Source: an uncultured Chloroflexia bacterium
GTDB taxonomy: Bacteria > Chloroflexota > Limnocylindria > Limnocylindrales > CSP1-4
DNA length: 64,000 bases
Reading direction: 5' to 3'
NCBI GenBank assembly: GCA_963833225.1
Contig: CAWHXD010000019.1
Span: forward strand, 448,001-512,000
Below, piece by piece: positions 20,467 through 29,238 of this stretch. The translations under genes and the position numbers were made by a program. The notes beneath the pieces were generated by a model. That model worked only from the letters and a program-made list of their open reading frames with translations. It ran no database searches and had not been told where the DNA came from. Numbering within the stretch: the stretch's first letter is position 1; each line of letters opens with the position of its first letter.

Positions 20467-22547
20467 TGCAGGACCTCCGCCCGCGTTTCGACGCCAGGAT
20501 GCGGCGGATGCAGCGGCGGATCCGGTCCGCCAGCTACCTGCGGAAATGGGTCGTCCTGGGCGCCCTGATCGGGGTCGTCGGTGGCCTCGGCGCGATCACC
20601 TTCTATACCGCCCTGGACGTGGCGACCCACCTGTTCCTCGGGGTGCTGGGCGGCTACGTCCCGCCGTCGCCCGCCGGGGAGGGCGGCGCCCCCATCGTGG
20701 CCGGCTTCGACCGGCCCTGGGCCATCCCGCTCGTGGTCGCGCTCGGTGGACTCATCTCTGGGCTCATCGTGTTCCGCTTCGCCCCGGAAGCGGAGGGACA
20801 CGGGACGGATGCCGCGATCGCCGCCTTCCACCACCACCCGCGCGGGATCCGTGCACGCATCCCCCTCGTCAAGCTCGTCGCCTCCGCCGTCACCATTGGC
20901 TCGGGCGGCTCGGGCGGCCGCGAGGGCCCCACGGCCCAGATCAGCGCCGGGTTCGGGTCCTATCTCGGCCGGCTCCTGGACCTCGACGCACGAGACGCGC
21001 GGATCGCCGTTGCCGTCGGCATGGCCGCGGGGATCGGGGCCATCTTCCGGGCGCCGCTTGGTGGCGCCGTCCTGGGTGCCGAGCTCCTGTACCGCGATGA
21101 CGTGGAATCGGATGCCCTGGTCCCGTCGTTCATCGCCACGATCGTCGCCTACTCGATCTTCGGGACCGTCGAGGGGTTCAGCCCCATCTTCGGCGCGCAG
21201 GCACGGTTCGGGTTCAGCGATCCGGCACAGCTCGGCTGGTACGCGCTGATCGGTCTCGTGTGCGGCCTGGTGGGCCTGCTCTACATCCGCAACTTCTACG
21301 GCGTGACGGCCTGGTTCAGTCGATGGGCAGCGCCTCGCTGGCTCAAGCCGGCGATCGCGGGGTTCGTGGTCGGATGCATCGGTCTCATCATCCCCGGCGC
21401 CCTGGGAACCGGCTACGGCTTCCTCCAGGCCGGCCTCGACCGCGATGCCCTCGCGGCGATCCCGCTGTGGATGGTCCTCCTGCTGCCGTTCGCCAAGATC
21501 CTCGCGACCTCGCTCTCGATCGGCTCCGGCGGTTCGGGCGGCATCTTCGGTCCCGGGATGTTCATCGGCGGCATGCTTGGGGCCGCGATCTGGCGGCTCC
21601 TCGAGCCCATCGCCCCCGCCATCCCGGCGGATCCCGCCCCATTCGTCATCGTGGCCATGATGGCTGTGTTCGGCAGCGTGGCCCACGCACCGCTCGCGGT
21701 GATGCTGATGGTGGCCGAGATGACCGGCAACCTCTCGATGCTGGCTCCGGCGATGGTCGCTGTCGGGCTCGCCATGTTCGTGGTGGGCCCGCGGTCCATC
21801 TACAAGAGCCAGCTGATCACGCGGGCGGACTCACCAGCACACCGCTTCCGCTTCGCGCTGCCCCTGCTGGCCGCGGTCGCGGCCGGTGACGCGGCCCGCC
21901 AGGCGCGCGTGATCGTCCAGTCGGACGAGACCGTCGCAGCGGCTCGCGGGCGGATGATCGCCGCCGGTGTCCCTGGAGCCCCCGTGATCGCGCGCGACGG
22001 AACGGTCACCGGCGTGGTGGACCAGGAGGCCCTCGACGGCGTGCCCGATGACGAGCTCGTGGGCCACCACCTGACCGCTCAGGAACCGATCCTGGTGGCC
22101 GAGGACGGCCTCGATGACGCGCTGGGCGCGCTCGCCGACCACGCCCGGGACTGGGCACCCGTTGTCTCGGGCCACCGCCTGATGGGCATCCTGTCGGTTC
22201 GTGACGCGATGGGCGCCTATCGCTCCGCTCTCAACAGCAACGTCCGGCAGGTGCGCGGGTTCCGGGCGGACGGCGTCATCGTGGAGACCGAGGTCGTGAA
22301 GGGGTCGGCGCTGGCCGGCCGCACGGTGGCCGGCGTCCAGTGGCCGCGGAAGGTGGTCGTGGTCGCCATCGAGCGCCACGAGACGCTGCTGGTCCCGCGG
22401 GGCGATCTGGTGATGGAGCCGGGCGACAAGATCTCGCTGTTCGCCGACACCGGGGCAGCCGCCGAGCTGGACACGCTGCTGCACGCCGAGGCGCCACCTG
22501 TCGCCGACGCCGAAGGCGGGGATCCGGCCCCGACACCCGTCGCCTAG
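20466..22547 (+). CDS. CLC chloride channel/antiporter with CBS and TrkA_C domains, copy 1
   Basis: GHGTD, GSGGREGP, FRAPLGG, GGIFGP, EMTG, SIY; C-terminal VPRGDLVMEPGD. Confidence 0.93.
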   Translation: MQDLRPRFDARMRRMQRRIRSASYLRKWVVLGALIGVVGGLGAITFYTALDVATHLFLGVLGGYVPPSPAGEGGAPIVAGFDRPWAIPLVVALGGLISGLIVFRFAPEAEGHGTDAAIAAFHHHPRGIRARIPLVKLVASAVTIGSGGSGGREGPTAQISAGFGSYLGRLLDLDARDARIAVAVGMAAGIGAIFRAPLGGAVLGAELLYRDDVESDALVPSFIATIVAYSIFGTVEGFSPIFGAQARFGFSDPAQLGWYALIGLVCGLVGLLYIRNFYGVTAWFSRWAAPRWLKPAIAGFVVGCIGLIIPGALGTGYGFLQAGLDRDALAAIPLWMVLLLPFAKILATSLSIGSGGSGGIFGPGMFIGGMLGAAIWRLLEPIAPAIPADPAPFVIVAMMAVFGSVAHAPLAVMLMVAEMTGNLSMLAPAMVAVGLAMFVVGPRSIYKSQLITRADSPAHRFRFALPLLAAVAAGDAARQARVIVQSDETVAAARGRMIAAGVPGAPVIARDGTVTGVVDQEALDGVPDDELVGHHLTAQEPILVAEDGLDDALGALADHARDWAPVVSGHRLMGILSVRDAMGAYRSALNSNVRQVRGFRADGVIVETEVVKGSALAGRTVAGVQWPRKVVVVAIERHETLLVPRGDLVMEPGDKISLFADTGAAAELDTLLHAEAPPVADAEGGDPAPTPVA

Positions 22548-22557
22548 GCCGTGCCGG

Positions 22558-23376
22558 CTACGCCTCGGTGGCCGCGATCAGGTCGTCGTACCCGGACGGG
22601 TCCGGGGCAACCCAGCGGTGGACGTACTCGAGGCGCATCGGCTCGCGGATCTGCGGATCGTCCTCGTCCATGGTCATCAGCAGCTCCACGAACCGGGCAT
22701 GGTCCGCCCGCGTCGCGTCGAGGACCGTGAAGTTGCAGTGGTTGAACGGCGGCGAGGTCCACGCGATGGCCAGTCCCTTGTCCGCCCCGGCGTCACGGAC
22801 CGCGGCCCACGTCGGCGCCGACACGACGCACGCATCGAGCTCGCCCGCCGCCAAACGCTCCAGCTGGGCGAACTCGGCTCCGCCGGTGTCACCGTGCTTG
22901 CCGAGGTCCCGGTCGAGGCGTTCGCCGCGGAAGGCGACCAGGGGGTCGAACCCGGACCGGCGCATGGCGAAGGCCGGCAGGATCCAGGCCTGGGGCGAGT
23001 CGCTGTCGCCGAACCCGACGCGCCGGCCGCGCAGTGCCTCGAGCCCGCCGCCGGCGGCGGGTGACCCGGCGGGCACGACGACGAGGCTGGTCCATCCTCG
23101 GTCGGTGTCGCGCATCGCGATCGGCCGACAGCTTCCGCCGGTCGCTCGCAGCGTGGCCACGTACGCAAGGTTCGTGTTCCACGCCACGTCGATCCAGCCA
23201 TCCGCCAGGGCGGCCACCTGCTCCTCGTAGGACGAGAACAGGACGTACTCCAGCGGCACGCCCCGGTCGCGGAACCAGCGCCGGAACGCCTCCCAGATGG
23301 TGACCACCTGCGCCTTGTACGCGACCGCCCCGACGCGGTAGACGGCCCGCCCCGAGGGCTTCATCACGCTCCCCAT
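22558..23376 (-). CDS. PhnD/SsuA-like substrate-binding-fold protein without signal peptide (Rv1680-like)
   Basis: VGAVAY..IWE, AWNTNLAYV, RDTD, GKHGDTG, NHC; TGATG-coupled to the upstream gene. Confidence 0.8.
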   Translation of the reverse strand: MGSVMKPSGRAVYRVGAVAYKAQVVTIWEAFRRWFRDRGVPLEYVLFSSYEEQVAALADGWIDVAWNTNLAYVATLRATGGSCRPIAMRDTDRGWTSLVVVPAGSPAAGGGLEALRGRRVGFGDSDSPQAWILPAFAMRRSGFDPLVAFRGERLDRDLGKHGDTGGAEFAQLERLAAGELDACVVSAPTWAAVRDAGADKGLAIAWTSPPFNHCNFTVLDATRADHARFVELLMTMDEDDPQIREPMRLEYVHRWVAPDPSGYDDLIAATEA

Positions 23377-24521
23377 CAGAACAGGTCCATGCCGAGGAGC
23401 GCCTTGCCGACGAAGTCGCGGAGCACGTCCGTGGTGGGCGCCATCACCGTCCACGCGCGAGCGTCCCGGAAGTTCCGCTCGATCCCGAGGTGCCGCGAGA
23501 ACGCCGCCCCGCCGCAGGCACGCATCGCCGCATCGGTGACGTCGATCGCCATCTCGGCCGCCGCGGCCTTGAGCGCGAGCACCCCCAGCCGGGCTTCCGG
23601 CTCGCCGTCCTCGACCTGGCGGGCGACCTCGTAGAGCAGCGCCCGTGCCTGCATGTGGCGGATCTTCGCCTCCGCCAGGCGGGCCCGGACGCCCGGGATA
23701 TCCGCGAGCGACGAGCCGAGGTGCTGGAGGCGCGCGCCGCCGACGTGGTCCGTCGCGGTCGCGAGGGCCGCCGCGGCGATGCCCATCGAGGTGGCGGAGC
23801 CGGACAGCACGAACCAGGGGAGGGTGGCCGACATCATCAGCCCAAATCCGGAGCCGGGATCGCCCAGGCGTCGGTCCACGTCGACCTGGACCCCGCGGAA
23901 GGTGACCGGTGCCGAGGCATTGCCACGCATGCCGAGCCCGTCGAAGGCGACGGGAACGGCCAGGCCGTCGGAACGGGAATCAACGACGTACAGCTCGGTC
24001 TCCAGCGGGCTGGTTCCCCCCACGGCTCCGGTTGCCGCCACGTAGGAATCGGCTTCACCGGCCGAGGTCACCCATGACTTGTCGGCATCGATCGTGACGC
24101 TGGCTCCGGGACCTGGGAGGGCTCGCGACACCTGCGCCCAGAAGTGGCTCCGGGACCCCTTCTCGCTGTAGGCAAGCGTCGTGAGGTGTCGTCCGGCGGC
24201 AATCTCCCGCAGGATCTCCGCCTTGATCCCGTCGTCAGGCCCGGTGGTCCCCCCGGCGATGGTCCGCGAGCCGACGAGATGCATCGTGTAGACCATCCCG
24301 GTCGAGGCGCAGGCAGCCGCCACCTGCTCCACCACCCCCACAACCTCGGCCGCCGTCGCGCCGGCTCCCCCATAGGCGGTCGGCACGGCAAGGCCCAGCA
24401 GGTCGCTGCGTCGCAGGGCTTCGACCGCCTCGGCGGGGAAGCGGGCGGAGTGGTCGACGTCCGGGGCGTTGGCGCGGATCACCTCGATGGTCGCCTCGAG
24501 GTCGGGGGTCGCGACGGTCAT
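23376..24521 (-). CDS. Acyl-CoA dehydrogenase-family flavoprotein (Rv1679/FadE16-like)
   Basis: FP, GLAVP.AYGGAG, LAYSEKGSRSHFW, KSWVT, GMRGNAS, GGAAF, ERNFRDAR; ATGA overlap. Confidence 0.88.
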   Translation of the reverse strand: MTVATPDLEATIEVIRANAPDVDHSARFPAEAVEALRRSDLLGLAVPTAYGGAGATAAEVVGVVEQVAAACASTGMVYTMHLVGSRTIAGGTTGPDDGIKAEILREIAAGRHLTTLAYSEKGSRSHFWAQVSRALPGPGASVTIDADKSWVTSAGEADSYVAATGAVGGTSPLETELYVVDSRSDGLAVPVAFDGLGMRGNASAPVTFRGVQVDVDRRLGDPGSGFGLMMSATLPWFVLSGSATSMGIAAAALATATDHVGGARLQHLGSSLADIPGVRARLAEAKIRHMQARALLYEVARQVEDGEPEARLGVLALKAAAAEMAIDVTDAAMRACGGAAFSRHLGIERNFRDARAWTVMAPTTDVLRDFVGKALLGMDLF

Positions 24522-26074
24522 CTGAAATCCTCCACGTTGGTCGAGAGCCCGGTCTCGGGTTGGGCCAGGGCGCGCGTCGAGTCGGGCGCAGCCTGTTCAT
24601 TGGAGCGCGCCTCGATGACGGCTCGATGACGGGCCAGCCAGGCGGCGGTCCGGGGCGCCCTGGCGGGCTCCTCGACCACGGTGGGCGCCAGGGCGAGCAG
24701 GTCCGCGAGCGTGTCGATGTCTGGCCACGACTCGCCGGTGGCGGGCCGCCAGCCGGCACCGACAAGGCCCGCCTGCGTGGCGGCGCGAGCCGTGGTGCCG
24801 CCCAACCGGACGACCTCGAGGGCACCCCTGAGTCGCCGCTCCAGGGCCCGGCGGCGACGATCACGCAGGCGGGCCGGCCACCATGGAGGAGCGCCGGGCC
24901 AGCGGAGGCCGATGAGGTGATATCCCCCGTCGGGAGTTGGCCCCAGCACCGCCGCATCACCAGCCCGCCCGAGGCGCTCCAGCGCGGCCAGGATCACGTC
25001 CTCGTGGATCGACGGGTTGTCGCCGGCAACCGCGATCGCCCGGTCGGCCCCGGCGTCGAAGGCGGTGAGGAACACGTCCACGAGCGCCCCGGCAAGCCCG
25101 GAGGAGGTCTGGACCCGGATCGCCCAGTCGCGACCGACCAGGTCACGGATCGGAGCGACGTCCTCGATCCGCGGAACCATGATCAGGGTCGATGCCCGCG
25201 AGCGATCGGCAGCCCGGACGAGACCCGCCGCCGTGTCTGCGAGGCACGCGGCCCATGCCGAGGCCGTCAGTTCCTCGCCGATCTCCCTGGCCAGCCTGGT
25301 CTTGGCGTGGCCCGCGCCGGGCGCCTTGGCCATCAGCGCGAGGACCGGCGCCGGTCGGCGCTCGCGGACCGTGGTCTCGATCAGGGCCCTGGCTGCCGCT
25401 GCCGAGCCGCGCGGGGAGCCGGACACCTTGCTGGTCCCGCCCTGCCGGGGTCGGAAGCGAACGGCGATCTCGCGGATGACCAGGCCGCGGTCGGCCAGGG
25501 CCCGGGCGACCAGCTGGGCGGTCCATCCATACCCGTCGTGATCCAGCGCGAGGCGTCGGAGGGTGCCTGCGCGCAGGACCTTCGCCGGCGGCAGGTCGTG
25601 GACCCGCCGTCCCGTCAGCTGGCTGGCCAGGGCCGCGACGAGCGTGTTGCCGACCCGCGCGTGCCAGGGCATGGCGCCGCGCTCGATGAGCCGGCCCGGA
25701 CGACGCCCGAGGACCACGTCGGCGTCGGGGAGCGCGGCGGTGAGGCGCCCAACGTCGGCAGGGTCGCACGAGCCATCGCCGTCGAGGAACGCCACGGCAT
25801 CGTGCTCGTGACCGTCCGGGGCCGGGGCGAGCGCGACGTCGGTCCCGGTGCGGCAGGCGCGCCCGTAGCCTCGCCGCGGCTCCAGGATCAGCCGCGCTCC
25901 CGCCGCGGCCGCGACGACGGCGGTGGCGTCCCGAGAGCCCCCGTCGACGACCAGCACGCAGCACGCGGTCCCGTCGAGGAGACCTGCGACCACAGCCCCG
26001 ATCGCCGCCTCCTCGTCGAGCGTGGGGATCACGGCTGCCACCCGGAGCGGCACCCTGGCCGACGGCACGGTCAC
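24518..26074 (-). CDS. GT2 glycosyltransferase fused to a DUF2064 (CofC-like/TIGR04282-like) domain
   Basis: VIPTLDEE, VVDGGSRD, RGYGRA, FLDGDGS, GTSKVSG; then MAKAP.AGHAKTRL, AGDNP, LGPTPDGGYHLIG, DIDTLADL. Confidence 0.82.
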   Translation of the reverse strand: MTVPSARVPLRVAAVIPTLDEEAAIGAVVAGLLDGTACCVLVVDGGSRDATAVVAAAAGARLILEPRRGYGRACRTGTDVALAPAPDGHEHDAVAFLDGDGSCDPADVGRLTAALPDADVVLGRRPGRLIERGAMPWHARVGNTLVAALASQLTGRRVHDLPPAKVLRAGTLRRLALDHDGYGWTAQLVARALADRGLVIREIAVRFRPRQGGTSKVSGSPRGSAAAARALIETTVRERRPAPVLALMAKAPGAGHAKTRLAREIGEELTASAWAACLADTAAGLVRAADRSRASTLIMVPRIEDVAPIRDLVGRDWAIRVQTSSGLAGALVDVFLTAFDAGADRAIAVAGDNPSIHEDVILAALERLGRAGDAAVLGPTPDGGYHLIGLRWPGAPPWWPARLRDRRRRALERRLRGALEVVRLGGTTARAATQAGLVGAGWRPATGESWPDIDTLADLLALAPTVVEEPARAPRTAAWLARHRAVIEARSNEQAAPDSTRALAQPETGLSTNVEDFR

Positions 26075-27581
26075 GGTGCGTCGCTCGAGACAGGTCCGAG
26101 CAGCGTGAACCGCCCGTCCGTGGCGATCACCCGGCGGTCCTCCCCGCGGATTCTGGTGATCGCCCGCTCTCGATTGGCGCTGGCCCAGGAGCTGGGGCTC
26201 CATGCGTCCGCGTCGAGGAGGACATAGCCCCCCGCGATGTTCCGGGGGTTGCGGTTCACCAGCCGGATCTCCGAACGGGACGCCAGCGGCGCTGCAAGCC
26301 CCTCGTCGACGACTAGGAGGGCGTCCGGCGGCACAGACCCGGCGATCATCCGCACGGCCCCGATTGCGGCGGGCCGGTGGTACGGCGCGGCCGCGCCCTG
26401 GTCGAACGGCGGCACGGAACCCTGGACGGCGGCGACGACCAGCGCCGGTCCCGCCAGGCCGACCACGCCGACCACGCGAAGCGCTCCTGCCCCCCGGGCC
26501 GTCGCGCGTGGCGCCCAAGCCAGGCGAGCGCCCGTCGAGCGCCGAACGCGGCCGCGACGAGCGCCGGCGCCACGAGGATGATCGGGTACTGGAGGAGCAG
26601 CAGAGCCTGGGGTGGATGGTGCGAGAGGAGCACCGCCGCGAGTGGCGGTGCCAGAAGCAGCAGCCAGCGGGGCCTGAGGAGCGGCAGCCCGGCGAGCGAC
26701 ACGAGGAGCCCGGCAACCTTGAACCAGGTTCGATCCTGGGTCAGCGCGGCGATCACCCGGTCGGGCATGCGGAACGGGGTGAGCAGGATCCCGGGTCCGG
26801 AGCCCAGCCAGCGGTAGTAGGCCGCGGTGTCGACGATCGCCCCGTCGCGCGCGATGGGCATCAGGATCCCGAACACGATGACCGCCCAGGCGGTCGCGAC
26901 GATCGCCAGGGCGGCGCCTCGGCGACGTGCCCGACCATGCGCCAGCCCCCACGTCGCGAGGCCCACGACGAACACGGCATAGGTGACATCCTCGCGGGTG
27001 GACAGCGCGAGCGCGGCCAGGATCCAGGTGGCCGCTCCTCGGCCGGTCAGGGCTGCCCAGCCGGCCGCCAGGGCCAGCACGACGCCGGCGACCTCGGGAT
27101 GGAAGTCGGCCCGGATCACCTGTTGGGTGACCGCCCAGGCGGGGATGGGCAGGGCGAGCCCCAGGGCAACCAGCCCGGCGTGGCGGCTCGGCCGGAGCGC
27201 CGCACGGAGGAACAGGAAGCCTGCCGGGGCCAGCGCCGCGACCGCCATCGCATGCAGCAGGCTGAGCAGGCGAGCGTCGAGCCACAGGCCGCGCTCCAGG
27301 AGCGCCGGAACGACCAGGATGGGCGAGAAGTGCAGCCCCAGGAACGACCCGTCGCCAAAGCTGGTCAACCACGCCCCGTCCTCGCCGACCCGCCAGACCA
27401 GCTGCTGGAAGAACGCCTGGTCGTACGCCGGTGTGGCCAGGCCGTCCGCGCGGGCCAGGAGCAGCGACGCGATCCAAACGGCCGCGAGGACCGACACCCC
27501 GCAGATCACGACCGCCGTGCCAACCGATGTCAGGTGGCGCGGACGAGGCCCGACGGTCGATGTCTCTCCGACCAGCGCCAC
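26071..27581 (-). CDS. DUF2079-like polytopic membrane protein (probable GT-C transferase); frameshift near 26500
   Basis: YDQAFFQQ, FLGLHFSPI, DFHPE, RED, QY; many TM helices; C-terminal periplasmic domain in a second frame. Confidence 0.75.
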
Positions 27582-27589
27582 GATCGAGA

Positions 27590-28654
27590 TCAGGCCCCGG
27601 TCGGGATCGCAGCCGACGTGGCAGCCGCGGTCGCCCGCCGCTCGGCCGTCGTCAGGAGCGGGCTGTCGCCGGTGCGGTAGCGGCGGGCGATCCCCTGGGC
27701 GGCGCGCCTGACCGCCTCCGCCGCGTCGACCGAGGGCCGCCAGCCGAGGGCGGCGATCGCTCGGGTGTCGAACGCCACGAACGGCGTGTCGCCCCGCCAG
27801 CCGGCGCCCTTGGCGGCGACCTCCCGGTAGATCCGGGTCACCGTCGACGGGTCGATGCCGAGCGCCTCCACGATCAGGTCCGCCACCTCGTCCACGCTGA
27901 GGGTCCCCTCCGGTCCCACGTTGAGGACGGTGACCGGATCGGTCGCGAGACGCGCCGCATGGCGCATCCCGGCCACCAGGTCCGCCACGTCGACGAAGGG
28001 CTTGCGCTGGCGGCCGTCGCCCAGGATCTCGAGCCGGTCCGGATCACGCAGCAGCTTGACGACGAGGTCGTGGACCACGCCGTGGTCCGAGCTGGCACCC
28101 TGGGTGTTGCCGAAGCGGAAGGCGAGGGCCCGCCAGCCGTACAGGTGCGCGAAGCCGGACACGATCGCCTCGCCGGCCAGCTTGCCAGCCGCGTAGTGGG
28201 ATGCCGGCCGGAAGGGGCCGTCGCCCTCGGCGGTCGGCCGCCCGTGCGAGTCCCCGTAGACCACACCCGACGAGGCGTACCAGAGATCGGTCACGCCGTG
28301 GCGGAGCATCGTCTCGCACACGGTCTCCGTCCCCTGGATCCCGGCTCGGAAGTCGCGCTCGGGGTGGCCATATCCGCCCGCGATGTCGGTGCCCGCCGCA
28401 AGGTGGACGACCCGCCGGCAGCCCGCGATCGCGGCCTCGACCGCGCCCGCTTCGGCCACATCACCCTCAACGAGATGCCAGCCGGGCCTCCCGGCCAGCC
28501 GGGCCTCCCAGCCGGGGCTCGCGGTCGAGAGGTCGTCGAGGATCGTGACCTCGCAGCCGTCGTCGAGCAACGAACTGACCACTTCGCTGCCGACGAACCC
28601 GGCCCCCCCGGTGACCAGGGACGGGACGGGGGCAAGGGCTTCGGGCTCCGTCAC
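27590..28654 (-). CDS. NAD-dependent nucleotide-sugar epimerase/dehydratase
   Basis: VTGGAGFVGS, HLAA, ASSGVVYG, YAAGK, RFGN, GDGRQRK, GWRGD. Confidence 0.92.
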   Translation of the reverse strand: MTEPEALAPVPSLVTGGAGFVGSEVVSSLLDDGCEVTILDDLSTASPGWEARLAGRPGWHLVEGDVAEAGAVEAAIAGCRRVVHLAAGTDIAGGYGHPERDFRAGIQGTETVCETMLRHGVTDLWYASSGVVYGDSHGRPTAEGDGPFRPASHYAAGKLAGEAIVSGFAHLYGWRALAFRFGNTQGASSDHGVVHDLVVKLLRDPDRLEILGDGRQRKPFVDVADLVAGMRHAARLATDPVTVLNVGPEGTLSVDEVADLIVEALGIDPSTVTRIYREVAAKGAGWRGDTPFVAFDTRAIAALGWRPSVDAAEAVRRAAQGIARRYRTGDSPLLTTAERRATAAATSAAIPTGA

Positions 28655-28658
28655 CTCG

Positions 28659-29213
28659 TCAGCCGGGCCAGCGCCGGCGCGTCGCGGCGAACCGGGCGTC
28701 GAGGCCATGCCACCGGCCGGCCCGGAACGCGGCCAGGCAGAGCAGTGGGAGCCACTCCAGCGAGTACTCGTAGATCCACTTGTCGTTCCACAGCGTCGCG
28801 AACTGCAGGTGGAGCGCCATCCCGGCCGCGAGGAGGGCGGCGATGGGCGTCGCCAGGCCCAGGATCAGGAGCACCCCGACCAGCACCTCGGCGGCCCCGA
28901 GGCCGAACGCGAACAGCCCGAAGTTCGGGAGGACCACGTTCTCGACGAGGGCGCGGTACGGCTCGACGGGGTGCGGCTGGGTGACGACCTCGTACTGGAG
29001 GATCGAGTAGGCGCTGCGATTGCCGGTGGCCGCGATGACGAACCCCAGCGGGGTGTCGGGCCACAGGTTCGGGACGGCCGGCAGGAGCTTGGCAATCCCG
29101 TTGTGGAGGTACACGATCCCGAAGTAGATGCGGATCGCGGCCATCGCCCGCCCGAACCAGCGACTCCCGACGGCCTCCTCGATGGAGCCCCGCGGCGAAG
29201 CCATCGCGGTCAT
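28659..29213 (-). CDS. DoxX / TQO small subunit DoxD-like membrane protein
   Basis: RIYFG...GIAK, AEVLVGVLLILGL.T, AGRWHGLD; GGAGGA RBS. Confidence 0.8.
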   Translation of the reverse strand: MTAMASPRGSIEEAVGSRWFGRAMAAIRIYFGIVYLHNGIAKLLPAVPNLWPDTPLGFVIAATGNRSAYSILQYEVVTQPHPVEPYRALVENVVLPNFGLFAFGLGAAEVLVGVLLILGLATPIAALLAAGMALHLQFATLWNDKWIYEYSLEWLPLLCLAAFRAGRWHGLDARFAATRRRWPG

Positions 29214-29238
29214 CAGATCCTCCTCCTGCAGGCGACGG

